Shown piece by piece: positions 34,854 to 50,278 of a DNA stretch of 64,000 bases (position 1 is its first letter; the number at the start of each line of letters is the position of its first letter). The DNA comes from Catajapyx aquilonaris. Taxonomy: Eukaryota. The position numbers were made by a program, and so were the translations under genes. The stretch covers positions 1-64,000 of the forward strand of contig KZ538202.1 in the NCBI GenBank assembly GCA_000934665.2. Direction: 5' to 3'. The notes under the pieces are model-generated. The model was given only the letters and a program-made list of their open reading frames with translations. It had not been told where the DNA came from and ran no database searches.

Positions 34854-37800
34854 GTCTTCCCCCAACTACGTAAAAACAATTAAAATAAAGGTTGTGATAT
34901 ACCCCTGCTAGGGTGAAAGCAATAACTTGATTATTGCTACTGTTACTGCTATTGTTATTATTATTAAACTGTGCATCCAGTGTTGTGCAATCGAATTCAT
35001 TAAAGTCAGTTTTAGCAAACAATAAATCTGGATTTTCACCATTAAAATGCAAACAGGAGAAAATCTAAACCGACCTAAACGTCACTCTTTAATCTAAGAT
35101 TATTAGAAATAATTCCCGCAAAAATATATCACGGGTCATGGCAAAACCATTTCCGGTAGGCAAGCTGATAGGTTATCCTTTTGTCCAGACAGGTAGATGA
35201 AACTTCTTGGAACCTCGATCATTTTTATTCCTGTCCCTAATAGTAACCATGTCCATGCATAGTTCACTGGCCTGCTTTCATTTGACTCGAACTATTATCC
35301 ACAGTTTTAACTCGCATATACACACTTACATCTGCTGCATCATTACAAACTATACTTGACCTTGAGAAAGTGTTCAAAAAATTACTACCATTAAGTTTCA
35401 CACAGGAAATTCTAACTATGCAGCAAAATGTTATAATTAATTTCCAACCAATTTCACAAGTACAATGCAGGTATTATGGGAATAATGTGATTCTATGAAT
35501 AATATCCTTAACAAAGTATCACATTCCATCACTTTTGGTGCTATCTTACATACAAAACTGCTTCCTTCACCATTATCAACATTGTCAAAAAATGAGTCAT
35601 GTGATATGTGCATTGAGTGATAGAAGCATGGCACTTACTTCAAATATGCTTGAAAATGTCAATCCCTTCCAACCTAGTCAGCAAGTACCACAGTGCCACA
35701 GGCAGCCAGCATGTTGCTGGACAGCATTTTTGTTAATCAACAAATAGCCTACTGGAAGCTCACAACAACTATTAAAATTTCAGTGATTGCTATCAAATGT
35801 CCAGCTGCTAGATTGTGATTCATAATCAATGACTGTCTTATAATTTAGCATTCTCTCACCTGCGACTAAAGCCGGTGTGTGATCGATCATCAATTCAGAA
35901 ATGCTGCATTGTTCAGGACATTGTTACAATGAATAATAAATGAATACTAGATTCAATCACAATACCCAATCTAAATTCCAATAAAATAAAATAAATACAT
36001 TGACATAGTGATATATGTTCACAAATTAAGTACATTACCTCATTACTCAATCTGTTACCATTTTTCCCGTCACTTTCACTCATGTATTAAATAAATATCA
36101 ATATCCGCTCAACAAATACAGAACTCAACTCCACAAAAACTCTTTAAACCTCTGAACTTCCATGCTCAATTTAATTCAGGACGGGCAGAAGGGGGAGAGA
36201 AGATATCAGCACTGCACTACTGATCAAATGTGACTGTACTTTTAAAATGTTGCTTGAAGGTTAAGGAATGAGACAATGAAGTTGGCGGTAAAGGCAGATG
36301 GAGGGAATGTGGGGAGTCGAGATGCAGTTTAAAAAACTAAGGAGAAAAGCCGTTTGTTATTAGGGGTCAAGGGAAGATCTCAAGGTAATTTCCGTTTTCT
36401 CCAAAGGAAGACTGGCCTTCAACTTGACTCGCTAGCAGTCCAGTCTAGCCCACTTTCTGATCCCTTTTAAATTATGCCCAGTTTTTTTTAATCAAAACAA
36501 ATGTCCTTGAGCACAACACAACAGCCCCGCAGGATTGACAGTAAGTGGGATAGCAACTGCATAAAACTGCTCTGAACTCGACCGTGAGGGGATTTATGAA
36601 TGAATGGAACTCACTCCCCCCAACGGAAGAATGGAGGTTTTTTCGAGGGCAATGGCCACCAGGGATTCGTGCAATTACATAAGTAAGATGCCGTTGCACC
36701 CAAGGTCTAGCATTTTTCCCACTCCACTCTGTCTAGCTCAATAGACTTGGATTAAGTGCCTCTACTCCACTATCTATAAACAGTGTCTGATTCACCCACT
36801 CAGACAGATGACATCACTTTGGAATCAATAACAGTGGAGGGTTACAACACGCTTCCCCTAGATAACAGAGCAAATAGGCGGTATTTACAATAGTATGAAA
36901 TTATCAGAACCTCACTCTGCGAATATGCTATCACGCTAGCTAAACAAACGTGGCCTGTTGTCAATGTGGCAAATTTGAAAAAAATTCAACTCCTATTGGG
37001 CATATTACTATGTAAACATAAGCATAGCTCAACTGACATAATATGGCATGTCAAAGTCCATTCTTAGCCAGGAAATACACTTAAGGGGTTATAAAATTTA
37101 CTTCTGCAGATACAGGAAGATGATGCAATTAATTTTGGGTATAGGCTACATGACAAGCCCAGACAATAATAACAAGCAACCATGTGGAGGATTATCATGT
37201 CGCATTTAAAACCACTTTCAGAATTTCACAATTCAGTGGGCGTGAAAAGCAAAGTGAGTTATATTTGAATTTGAAACTGTGGTGGGAAGTACAAGCAATG
37301 CTTTGATAACTTACAATTTTCTTTTGCAACCTTCATTCATCACTTCTAGAAAACTGAATAAACAAATCAACCTTAATAGTAACTTTGACATTGTTTCCAG
37401 TCTTCTAGAAATGTAAACATGAATATTACAGATAAAAATTGCGGCTCACTTTGTATTAGTATTGCACTGTTATGATGCAACGAATGTCATGCAAATGATC
37501 TATGCAGTGTTAATCACTTAGCCTTCACAGTGCAACAGCACATGGAGTGCTTTTCAAGCCAGCCACCGTATATGCTGCCACAGTGATATTTCATAATCGA
37601 CTACATCCAACTCAGTGGTTTAACTCGGACAACGACATAATCTTATATAATATTAGACAACCGGGTCGTGAACATGTCACCACTACACCTACATTACAAA
37701 TCAGGTGAAACACATCGCCCTGCTCAACTCCAGTTGCACTACAGCGGCATCTCATGTGGCTCACCACTTGTACACCGCAATGGATCTGCACACAACACAT

Positions 37801-37883
37801 CAAGACCGTTCACACTGCAGTCCACCTATCACAACCACACCCCACCAGTCCACTACATAAACTGGTGCACCACCAATACTCAC

Positions 37884-38460
37884 TGAACGACTCCTTGGCG
37901 TGCAGTGCAGTCTTTGGTGGCGTGACTAGACTAGGGTCATATCAGGCAGTGGCCGGGTGTGTACCCCCCCGCCGCCACCAGCCTGGGAGGGTCAGGTAGC
38001 ACTTCCCACCGGACCGAAAGGTGCTGGAGGCCAGGGAGCCCTGAGGGCAGGGGCGGGGGGGCGGCCGGTCCTTCCTGAGCTCAAGCGACGGCCGAGCAGG
38101 CAGGCGGACAGTACGGCTGGAGAGGGAAGAGAGGGCCGGCCACGGACAGAAGAGTGAGCTACCCTCTGAAGCGACGTTGCCAGAGCGGGTGGGCGGAAGG
38201 GCGGGGGAGTGGGTTTCGTAGGCTACCGTATCTGAACCGTCTCGGACCGACGTACCATGCGACAATGCACGCCTCTGCCTGCCGGTCCAGCCTTTTAGCC
38301 TGTCCCCCTCCCCTTGGCAAGTCCACCCGCCTTCACTCTCTCACTCCCACACATTCGATTATTGCGGATTACTACTATTAGCGAGGCAAAAGTCAATAGT
38401 CACGTACGGTGTCGACTGAGTCACTATTGGGCGGTGCTGTTGCGAACCACGAAGGAGTGA
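37884..38460 (-). promoter_or_regulatory. GC-rich island with GC boxes and a candidate non-coding first exon of FAR-A (donor GTGAGT at 37883)
   Basis: Sharp GC/CpG rise, GGGCGG motifs and a consensus minus-strand donor at its edge. FAR-A needs an upstream exon because its ATG exon starts with an acceptor. Confidence 0.4.
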
Positions 38461-38860
38461 AGGGAAATTATGCCATAGATTCTCACCGGTTACAGAGGCT
38501 GGTATAATCCTATCCTTGGATAGGAGGGCAACCCGCATACTCATGGGTGCGGCGAGGAAGCCTAGCTTTGAAGGTGAAATATTAGCTACGAATATTAGAG
38601 TTGAATTGACTCATCCTTGTTGTCCTGTGGGGTCTGGTCAGGGAGGGGGGAGAAAGAGTTTGACCCTTGACCTCGAATAGTCATGTTTCAATCAATTGTA
38701 TGCTCTACGTTCAGCTCACGGTTAGGCTGTTTCCATGCAACCTAATATTCGAAGAGCTGTTACTTTTAGTACGGTACTCAGCAGTTTGATATGCTACGAA
38801 AACTAATTGCTCATTCCCTGCACTAACCTAATTATCACTGATTACTAGACATATTTGAAC

Positions 38861-39225
38861 CAGGGAGCATATACTACATAAGACGAGCAAACATTCGATT
38901 TCCGCGTCTCTCTGTTTGGGGCGTTGCCAAGGCTGGCGGCCATCTTGAAGTGTGGGGAACGCCAACGAGGTATAAATAGGGTACAGGCAAAAATAGGGTC
39001 CCCATCTTTGATTCGCGCGTGTTCTTGCCGTCCGTGTAGTTGCCATGGCCGCCAAAACCATCAAAGATGGCGGACCCTATTTTTGCCTGTACCCTATTTA
39101 TACCTCGTTGGCGTTCCCCACACTTCAAGATGGCCGCCAGCCTTGGCAACGGCCCCAAACAGAGAGACGCGAACATCAAAGGCGCCGACAGAAGTTTGCG
39201 CCACTTATGTAGTATATGCTCCCTG
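38861..39225. mobile_element. Palindromic MITE with P-element-like termini and a 7-bp TSD
   Basis: CAGGGAGCATATACTACATAAG...CTTATGTAGTATATGCTCCCTG, ~110-bp near-perfect internal arms; TTTGAAC at 38854-38860 and 39226-39232. Confidence 0.88.
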
Positions 39226-42200
39226 TTTGAACTATCTATAGGAGACCAGACATAAATATTAGAACATGTTTCGTTACCTAACTGGAAATTTCCGGTAGTG
39301 TAGAGAAAATGGTTATGGGAGGCGTAGGGAGAGGAGATGGAATGCCTTCCAGCAAAAAAAGGAAGAAAAAAAGTCTAGCTGTGTACCAGTTGCAGACAGT
39401 CACTTTCTACGGTAGATACGTAAATTTCGATACAAAAAAAAAATCTTGTTGGGCTTGTGTGCGTGCTTCATAGCGGAATGAGGGAATTGGGTGTTGGGGG
39501 TGGTAGGTGCGTGGTTGTTGGTTTTTATTACCGTCAATGCCAATGGTGAAGTGACCTAATCGTAGGTCCGGCAGTTGCGACACGAATATTTACGTAGATT
39601 ATGGGAGAGGCTGTCAATTACGTGCCCATAAACGCTCCCCAAACACACTGACTTCGTTTACTTGGTATATTGCCACACATCTTCTGGCATAGCCTTGCCT
39701 GTTTCGGCCCTTTTCTGCATAACTTGCATTGGCCCTACGTAAAAGCCCTGCGGGCCTTCTTGCAATACAGCGTACGCTAATAATGATATTGCGTCAATGT
39801 TTGATATTCATTCAAGGATGCTGAAGAGAGTCGTTCAGAGGCACTACATTATATGCAAACAAGTCGTCTTGGAAGAATATATATGTTTATTTGACCATCC
39901 AGAATCACAGAAGGGTTTTTCCCTGTGCAACTAGGAGTGTCGTCGTGCTTTAATGTGCTAGTGGTGACATTGTAGTATGACAAAAAAAATAGCTGACTGA
40001 GCACTTTGGCCAGACTTGCTTTGTTGACCATAGATATCTGTTGCGGAACTATCAGTGCAAATACTGCAGATAAATTCACGTTGAACACAATAGAGCCCGT
40101 GTCACAAATCAAATGAGAAGCATGATAATCAATGACATGTGAGTGGGAAATAGAAAGCAAATAGGGATTGCAATAATCGTCAGCTTCTCACGAACCAACG
40201 TGTGGGTATTTAGGATTCTGAAATGCTTCGGGGGTGGGGTTGCAGTCAAAGACACTTAGGCTAACTGGAGGCGGGAGAAAAGGCAATTTCCCAACACTCT
40301 CAGGTGTGGACTAGGAAAATAAACGTAGCCATCCCAAGTGCAAATCACTTTTTCGTGGGAACAACTCGCAAAAAAAAGTGATTGATTATTATGAAAGAGA
40401 GCTTGATTGCAGCTGTGGATGAGAGGTAGAAAGATGGCGGAAGGCAGCAGGGTGGGGCCATGGGGCTAAAAATGTGAAAGGAGATGGCGAAAGTAGAGTA
40501 GAGCCTGAGACGGATGAGGATCAGGCAATGTTCATATGAATAGCGGAGCATTGCCCATATAAGGGGGGTGAACCAAAGATGAAACATGGCAGCCACCGTC
40601 GTTGATATGGCTGCAACGGCCGATATGTCCACCACGATGGACATGTGACGACCGGCTTAGGAATGAATGGGTAAAGTAGGTGGCCTGTGCAGGAAGGAAG
40701 AAGTAATGAGGTCAGGTGTGTGGGCTCACCAGGTGAAGGCCATCCACTTCTTCCAGCAGCTCACTACCTCCACCACGTCTACTCCACCCTCTCTCGATGG
40801 TACATGCACCTGCTGCGCGCGGCTCGGGATTTGACACAATGATGGATGCTGATCATGATGCTACCGATACGAGACATTGCTTCTGAAGGGCCGGCTTGGT
40901 CGTATGCCTCCGGCATCGCTTATTACGTGTTGGTGGCTATGCAGTGCTATTGTCCGAATATAATCTATTTATTAATAATCGAACGTATGTTTTCAAATGG
41001 TGAAAATAATGTCATCGGCTGGCTTCCTTTCATATCCGGATGGAAAAGGCAACTAACTGCATCTCTATTGTGCTCATCTAATTTGTAAATCTCACCCTGG
41101 CTCAGGCTCGTGCCACTTGGCGCAAGTTCAATGCCAAATTCGCATATTATTCTACGACCCTTAAAAGAATGCTCCGAGGCCTTGTACACACTAAATGCGA
41201 ACTTTTCCTGCACCGACATTGCAAGTACTTCCTATATTAACATTTTGTTCTCAGAACTTCTTATACACACCTCTCCAGTGACAATTAAAGAAATTCCCAC
41301 ATACATGAATCAAACATTTCATAATTGGCTCTGCTGCTCTTCTTTTATTTTTAAATGCCGAGAATAGCATCCGGGTGTGGCCAAAGCAAGTGATCTGGAG
41401 AATGTCGGGCGATATCGTATTGTGCCTGAGGGCGCGTGTGTGCCACGCTTGTGAGACAGTAGCAAAGGGGGCCATCGATTAGAGAGGAGCTGGCAACGCA
41501 GCGCCGGCATGTCCCACGTGACTTGTGCGCATGCACATGCATGCTCTCGAAATTTCTTCCCGCGCTATCGCCTGCGCCTCTCAACATCCGCAGGGATAAA
41601 ATATACTGAATATGCACCTATTTTTATTGGGAATATGAAGCTATCCGGATGAGAAAGTTGAGTTCCACATTTGCAGAAGAAACATGTCTGCCAGGGGCTA
41701 GTCCTAAGGCTAGTCCTAAAGGACCTCAACCTGGAAAATGTCACATGGCCACCTACTCACCAGTTAGACCTGCTCGAAAATATTAAGCATGTGACTGAAA
41801 GTGATCTTATTTTACAAGAGGTCAAGATTGATGTTGTCAGGTCCTCCAGGTAGAGAAGAAAGTGTAGGTGCTTCTCTAAGTCATGTGGACAAGAAACAGG
41901 TGCATTAGATGATATTATCTGGCTGGTTGGTCAGCAGATTGAATCGGTTCAGGGCGACTGACTGGACACTTGGTCTGGAAAGCGGTGGATTTTTGGTGGA
42001 GGAGAAAGTTGGCCGTCACCTTCAACCGTCATGGCATTTTGTTTCACATGCAGAGCACGAGACGAGCTATTTTGATGAGGATCGGAGAAAACGTGTCCTT
42101 GCTGGGGAAATCAGAATCACACGTAGGCAAGCTGGTGCGTGTATGGTATACCGTATGCTACAGGCTTATTTTATTGTGGGACTTCAGATTACCCGTTACG

Positions 42201-44279
42201 GAAATTGCAGTTATATCTGGAACTTCCAGCTGTGGGAGTGCAGATAACTTCATAATGACACATTGTGCACGACGCGTGGTACTTGTCGTTAGGACGATTA
42301 AATTAATGACACAGGTGCAAAATGGTGTAAAGGCTTCACTGACAAGAAAATCGCGTGATATACCTTGGCAAGCAAGTAGTTTCATAGCATCTGAAAGTGA
42401 CGTGCGGGATGAACATGATTACATACTGAAATGAGTGACAACTCTCTTGCATAATAGCATTTAATGTGAAAGTAACTCATATTTCTGGTTTTACCGTTAT
42501 TACTGGCATCCTTGTGTGGTAACTCGCAACGCCTTAATTAAACGACTCATATTAAAGAACCCATTGTGACAAAATATGCAGCTTTAGTCTTCACTGAAAT
42601 ATGGTCAGTTGGTCAATGACTTCCGCCATAATTATGTCGTCATGACTTGATCTAATTCGTAAAATTAATTACAAGGCAGTGAAAAGATATGGAATTGTGG
42701 TAAAATTATTCCACAGTGTTACTGGATAATATAATACTGCAATATTTTGATGATTTAATAATGTAGCTGCGCCACAAATACAGGGCAGGGCTGTTTATGC
42801 TATCTAGTTAATTGCTGGGAAATCTATGTAATATTTAAATGGCGATAAATTCGGGGTTAATCAGCGGGAAAGAGAATGACCTCGACTCCAGAGTGCGAAC
42901 TTTCATCCTATTAGTTAGATAAGGGTTGCGTCCAACAACCTTGCATCAGCGCAGCGGTATCGGGCCTATATTACACGCCGGAAGTAATTTGTGCAAGAAT
43001 ATTAAATAATTAATCTCTTTCAATGCCAGAGAACACTCTTCATCAAACTTTTATGTGGTTCTTATTAACAAGCTGCAAAGCAATATAATGTCTATTGTTA
43101 TGCACACGGGAGAGTAGGCCTACACGGGAGAGAAGCCACACCCAGCAATTGGAAGTCGCAGGTGAAAATATTACGCTTTAAGGCAAGTTACCGAACAATA
43201 GTCGGTGTAATTATTCAAAGGATTACCGCTCGTGAATAATAAGGATCATAATTTATTTCAGAACAATGCCCTGAGTTATAAAGTTTGCTGCCTAAAATAA
43301 ATGAAACAGAGTTCAGGGCGATCTAAAGGAATTTATGAACATATTTAGCCTGTGATCCGCGATGTTAAAATAATTATTCACTCTATTGATATGCCATCAC
43401 GAGTCATAGTTATAATTTGAATCATTTGGTGACAGGCAGTAATTAATGTCACTTGAATTTTAATTTCATCATACTGACAGTATCAGCCATTGAAATGCTA
43501 TTTCAATAGAATACTGTATTATGAAAAACATTTTGTCATTTTTTTTGCTCTTTTCGTTCAAGTCCTTAACTTCGTAAATAAAGTTCTTGGCGGCTGATTT
43601 TTTTGGATTTTCATTTGGATATGTATAATTTCGAGTGGTACTTACGGTACCCTAAAGGAACGGGACATAGGTCAAAAACCTCGAAATTAGTGAAGATTGG
43701 CTATTTTCATTTGAGAAATTTTTTGCGTGTTGCCCAGTGTAATGGACACTGTAATGGAGGGTAATAATAATAATATTTAAACCAAAAACATACATTTGTC
43801 ATCAATCATGTCACCAAGCTACTATAGTATTTGTCGTTTGGTTCTAGTTTATAGGAGATACAGAGACGGTCATATATGGCCATGTATACACGACATACAA
43901 GGGAACATCGCGAATTTCTATGTGAAGTTCAAAATGTGTTTTTCTGGTTTTTTATATGCTAGAGAGAAACCACCTTTCCAGAAAAACCCTAGTTCTCAAG
44001 AATTCATGAGATACGGTGGTCAAAAGGTGGTCAAAAGGTCAAAAATTGATCCATTTTGCAAGGATCTGAGGAAGCTGGATTTTATTAGTGATATCGGCGA
44101 GGTTTTTGGTGCATAAAGGTTTCTTTGCATGGGGAAAACAATGGTCAAGCTGACAATTATGAATTATGAAATATAAGTGCACTTTTCAGGGAAGAGGAAA
44201 GGGGGGAAGTGTCAAAAAGGCTTCTAGAGAATGAAAGCAAAACGAGTTTTTAGACATTGACCTAGACACCCAAGGTGGT

Positions 44280-44810
44280 GAATTTTATTATTTATTATCG
44301 GAACCTTCAAATCATTAAGAAATGACTACTAATCTTTAATCGCCAATATCGGCAGTATAAGCGGACCTTTACTAGTTCAAGCCATATGTATACAATATAT
44401 CACTCCATTATGTATACAACATAATGGAACTATATTATAGATTTCTCAGGAATTGTAGCCAATTTTGGGTTTTCATTGTCATATTTGTGATCAGCACCTT
44501 CAAATCATTACAAAATGACTACTTTAGTCGGCGATGTCGGCAGTATAAGGGGACCTTTACTGGTACACACCATATGTACTATATCGCTCGAAAACAGACG
44601 ATTTTGCATTTGACTCAAGTGCAGCCTGCACTTGAATCAAATGCAAAATCGTCTCTATGTTTTTGAGCGATATGTAGCCTACTACGCGTTACTCCATTAT
44701 GTAAGAAACTATTGCGGATTTTTCAGGAATCGTAGCCAATTTTGGATTTTTATTGTCATATTCGTGATCAGAACATTGAAATCTTTAATAAATGTCTACT
44801 TTAATCTCAG
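44280..44810. repeat. Diverged direct repeats (about 3 copies of a 200-270-bp unit)
   Basis: GAACCTTCAAATCATTAAGAAATGACTACT-like and AGGAATYGTAGCCAATTTTGG blocks recur. Confidence 0.65.
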
Positions 44811-46427
44811 AAATTTGACTTTTGTCAAAATTTGTTGCACAGTGATTATTAGTAAAAAGAACGTTCATATACTGTAACCTGTTGCGTTTACCAAATCCCA
44901 TTAAAATATATACTGAGTTGATGCTGTTGTTTCATATGATATGTATACCACACACACTTCTAATTTAGCCTATTTAGTAAGGTGTTGTTACGCCCGTGTC
45001 GAGCCGATAACGTCCGTAACGCAGGAACATTTGTCCATTGTTGGCGAACTATGGCTGCAATTGCTCTACGAGTCAATTAATTATACGATCACACCGTTCT
45101 TGCAATGGACGCTGTGGAAGAAAGTGCCATAACCTCGCATAATTCGCAGGAATTTCATATACTTTAACCCCCCTCTTTTTGGTGTTCAAATCAGGTAACG
45201 TCCGTAACGCTGGAATTGCTCAGCTGTGTTGCTGTTTCAGTCATGGTTCAGTCATAAGCACGTGTAATCTTGAATTAGCTCCTTAAAATTTGGCGTAAGT
45301 TGTCTAAATACTATAATTTACTTCGTATGCCAGAATATAACAATTTGAAACACAATAGAAATATTTTATATCATAATTATACCGTATTTTTAGTGTCTTG
45401 GGAGTATATACGGGCAAAGAAATCTGTTGAGGAATGAGAAAATATGCAAGAAGAGTCTTGTCATTGTCAGAATTTAAAAAAATATTTGCAGGAGAAGCTG
45501 GGACGTTTCACACGCACACGAACGTAATCACGCACCGCCCCCAACTCCTCCAACCAACCATCACAACATGGGAGGTTTTGACTCATAGCATGAAAGTATA
45601 TTACCGGCCGAAACTTCCGTCATGTAGGAGGATTGTATGAGGTCGTGTGCGGGATATCATGAGAAATTAGTAAACTGCGCACGAAGGAAGTGCTTTAACA
45701 ATAATTAACATTTTCCGGAATTTTATAATTATACGTAATAAGCGCTCAAAGGTTCCCGAACCACATTTTATAATATGCATATGGTAAAGGGCTACACATT
45801 AAATAATTCTTGCATAAATATAATATACCGTACCGAAGTAGGTAATACTCTGCCTAAGTTATATCGTACCGGCATAGTCAATATTATTTGCAGCTCTTTT
45901 TTATTAGTTAGCCCTCAGTATTATTCATAATGACATATAACTTATGATTATAACTGTCTTTGCTTTTAACTGTATTTTTTTATAAATGAAGGTTTGAAAT
46001 GCAGAACACAAATCAGAGTCACACTGGATTTATTTCCAGTTGCGAGGCTTTGAATAATGATTGAATTGCCCCTTGCGGATGTTTATCGATGTTTATATGA
46101 ACCTGTAATTGATTTGTTAAAAAACTGACTTGATCATCAGAAAGCAGTTTTTAGGACTAATTGATCACGCAATGCTTAATTTCGACCAAAATGTAACTGT
46201 ATGATGTAACAATATAATTGTATGATAGTTCTTTCTGATTTTCAATGCGGATGCCTTACTCTGCCTGTAAAATATTACAAACACCATGAGGGTATTACTA
46301 TTACCACTCTATCATAGGAATACTTGAAAACACCATGAATGATCTCTGAACCTTCTCCAGTAGGCCTACTATTAGTTTTTAAAACATCTTTAATATGAAG
46401 AACATAATAATTTATATAAGCATTAAC

Positions 46428-46506
<79 letters not shown>
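46428..46506. repeat. (AAT)n microsatellite
   Basis: Perfect run. Confidence 0.95.
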
Positions 46507-46508
<2 letters not shown>

Positions 46509-49500
46509 TTCCTAAATAATTTATATGTGCCTGCGGCGAAACAGATTCGAAACTGTCCAGCAGTTTACCAACAAGGCCGTAACATTCGGACGTTATGGTA
46601 AAGACACCCCACATTCATTATAATATTCATCTAAGGTTCACCCGGTTTGCTTAAGTTTATTGAGAAAACCTATGTAATCAGGCATGGGAGATAAAAAAAT
46701 TTAAAACAATGCAGTGGAAGGAAATCCACAATAATAACGAAGCATGTATACAGTATATACCCAATCGTTACTGATTATGCCCAGAATGCACAATGCAACA
46801 TATGGGCGAGCCCCTCAGCTGTCATTTGTGTCTATAACACAAGTTTCACACAACCGGAAATCTTCGTTATTCCCAACCATATATTGCAGTAATAGCCGAT
46901 TTCTTTTTTTTTCGTCATCACATATATTATAGCACATTAAGCGGTCAAGGCAAATGCTTGTTGGCGTTCTCCTTCTTCTTTGTGTACCTTCATATTGCTG
47001 AAGATGAATGACGCAACATTCTCGCCTCCAAATTCTGTAGAGCCTCTTCAACACGAATTAAGAAGAGCCTCATCGTGACCACCAAGAAAGCCAAGACTGT
47101 CCCCCACTAACAACCTAACTTGTGTTGGAAAGGACTTAGAAATCGGAATACAATCGTTTGCCAATGCGACATATACCGGCACAGACCTGATCTGTTTCCA
47201 TCAGCATATCCTCCGAGAAAGCAGACTGTGAAATTACACACTTTGGCTATGAGACCTATCCTCCACTCGGCCACGGAATCCACTTTCACCTTTTGCCCCC
47301 TCGCCACTTGCACCTCCCTTCATTTACGTAGGTAAGCACCGTTTTCTGGATGTGACTCCATCGCATCATATTACCCTGCCAAGAACAGGAAAAGGTGCCT
47401 TCCTGCCCGTTGCCTGGTAGTACGATATTAGAGGATCATAGGTCCACGTTTTCATTGATGTTGGCAAATTCCGCAAGAATTTGGGTGTGCCGAAGGGTTA
47501 TATGAACCAAACGGGTCCGGTATGCAGCAATCTGAAATCGACGTCATATCCAGTGACTCAACGCCTTTCCAACGAGCACCCCCCCCCCCCNCCCCCCCCC
47601 CCTCTCCCAGTCACCTCTCAGAACTGGATAGGAGAAAAGACTTCCATTCTCAGCACTTGCGAAAGAAAAAAAAGAAAAAACAGCATCAGCTGGTCCTACG
47701 CGGCACGCACATACCGCACGCGTTGCACGGGACCAATCCGTTGTCTCACGTAATTTACGACCCTTCAGATGAAGGAGCCGTTTGCCAACCACGACCTCTG
47801 CAGAAAAATTGGATTGAAGAGGATACTATGGTCACTCATAGAGGACACCGACCTCTGAAGTCAGCCAAGCAATATGATGGGGTGGGGTGTGTGAGGAGGT
47901 TGGTTCCCATAAGATTCATATCTACTTAGGCTATATGACTTGAGATGTACAGAAAAGATTGGCTCTACTGTAGTTGATGGGATTCAGGATGAGCGTGTGC
48001 ATGTACAGTATGTGTGATGTGGGGAGACAGGAAAGACTCAAAAAGATGGGGCATAGTAAGATGGCAGGCGAGCTTAGAAGCTCCTCTAGAAGAATGGAAA
48101 AAAAAAGAATAGATGAAAATGGGCGGCTGATGATGGCCTGGAAATGAAAAGGAGGTCAGTAAGGCGCGTCGGGAGGCGCTGGGTGCATCAACGGGTATGT
48201 ACAGTATGTATGGGTCGTTTGAAGATGATGACGGGTACTCTGTCCTGAAGCTGAGGGACAAACATCTAGAAAGTGCTACTGGGCATTCTTCAATTGCCTG
48301 TGTACAACTACTGAAGGAAAAGCTGTGTTGCCGACCACTATTCAAGCAAAACATAATTAATATAACTATGGTTATCAGACTGCTGAATTGTCAAATGTGA
48401 CTTAATATTATTGCATTACAGCCCTACATAAAGTGTCTCATAACGCAATCCGGATTGGCCAGATTTTAATTTGAAATTAATATTGGTAAGTCATCAAGCC
48501 ATATCTTGATCTCAGCCAAGTGAGGCATTGCATTATGTCAAAACATTATTGCAGAAACTCCTCCTTTCGAAAGTGTCCAACCAGAAACACATTGTTATCT
48601 TTTATTGCTCATTAGCCTCACGACTCAGAAAATTGCAGTCTTTATTGTTACGGTAAGGAGAATCTTTCGCTGACGTGTTGCATTTTATGCAAATTCCACG
48701 CGAGTACAGAGCAAACTTTTTTTTATACAATTCGCATAAAATGGATGGTGATTCGAGTGTACCAATCACTTTCTCCACATCTGAATCTGCATAGTGTAAG
48801 AGGTGAAGCTGACGGTAGTGACTGGACAAACTCGCTCGCACATGTTCAGTATGTAAAAGCACGTGTGAGGATTAGGCATGATGTAGTATACAGGAGGTCA
48901 AGGCCGGGCACTGAGTAAAAGGTGGGTGAAAAGCGTCGAAAAGACGGCAGAAAGTTGCTTCATCAACAGCAGCGGTACCCGAAGGGGGGGTTAGGCAAGA
49001 GAGAAGGTCCGTTGTACTTCGTATGTGCAACAAGCTCTGTTGTGATGTAATTGGGCGGGAGAGAAGAAATTCATCTAGGCCATCCACTTGGCACTTCCTC
49101 AGCTGTTCCAGCTCCAAAAAAAAAATGCCCATCCTCGCCGCAGAAAATATGCTCCTTATTATAATAAAACATTTTGTCTGCCAGACAATGCACATGGCAT
49201 GTAAAGAAACAGAAAGGATGGCCAACAGATTTATATTTAGGGACCGTTCTGCCAACACTTGCGTGCTCTCTCTGAACATACGTCGTCAATATTAAATGAA
49301 GAGTAGGCCGATTGCTTTCGGATTTCTATCTCGTGAATCAAGTCTACAGCAGGGGAGAAACCTACTGTACCCTTCATTTGCCTTTCTCTGTATTCAGCAC
49401 TAGAAATGGACAAACTTGCGCTTTTCGAGCACCATGTCAGTCACCCATACGTATATGCTAGCAGACTAAAATTACGTACGGAAGTAACAGTGTCACACAT

Positions 49501-50002
49501 TATTATGTTGACGTGCATGAAAATAATGTATATGTGTAAGAAGCTGACCTGGGGCGGCGATCCTTTTTGGAGCGCATGTTGGGTCATTCAGAAGTCACGC
49601 AAGCAAGCACGCACGTCCTGTAAATAGCAGCAATGCACTGCACGCACTCCGGATGGACACTTCTGGTCAGGATGATGGCCAGGTCAGCACTCGGCAAGCA
49701 ACTGGGCTGGGTGGATGGAAGCTGTGGCAGATGGGTCCTACTTGCTTGAGGGGTAGCAGAGTGCCTGACTGACTGACTGACTTACTAAGTAACTGACTTG
49801 GCTATCACCGGCCGGCCGTTGGTTTTCACTGGCAGCCAACCAGGCCTCGTGCAGCACCCAACTCTGACTGTTACGGCCACCACCATCGCCACAGAAAGAA
49901 AGTCCATCATCACTATCCTACCAGCCTCCACCTAGCATTCACGCCTACATTCATTCTGTCTCGCGATGACCCACAGGGACTCAGGATGATCGGTATTCAC
50001 AA

Positions 50003-50278
50003 AGGCGGAGTGGTGCAGTGGTAACGTATGCGCCCACGGACGTAAGGGTCCTGGGTTCGATTCCCCCCTTCATCTCGTACAAAGTTGGGTCGTCTCTGGC
50101 TTCGTCTCGGGTAGAATTCCTTGCGACTAACCACCCGGGGGAGTTCACAAAATGACCCTAGCAACGACATTGCACTAGCACTTTGCAAATTTCCCAGTCA
50201 GGTTCCAGTATGTATCGTACTTCAACGGTATAATAAAGGTCCGTGCTACATCCTCTCAAGGAGGTCAAGCACTACCCG

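Noticed and set aside
46395..46614. Poly-Ile and poly-Leu ORFs (also 50121-50402)
   Set aside because: Translations of (AAT)n microsatellites.
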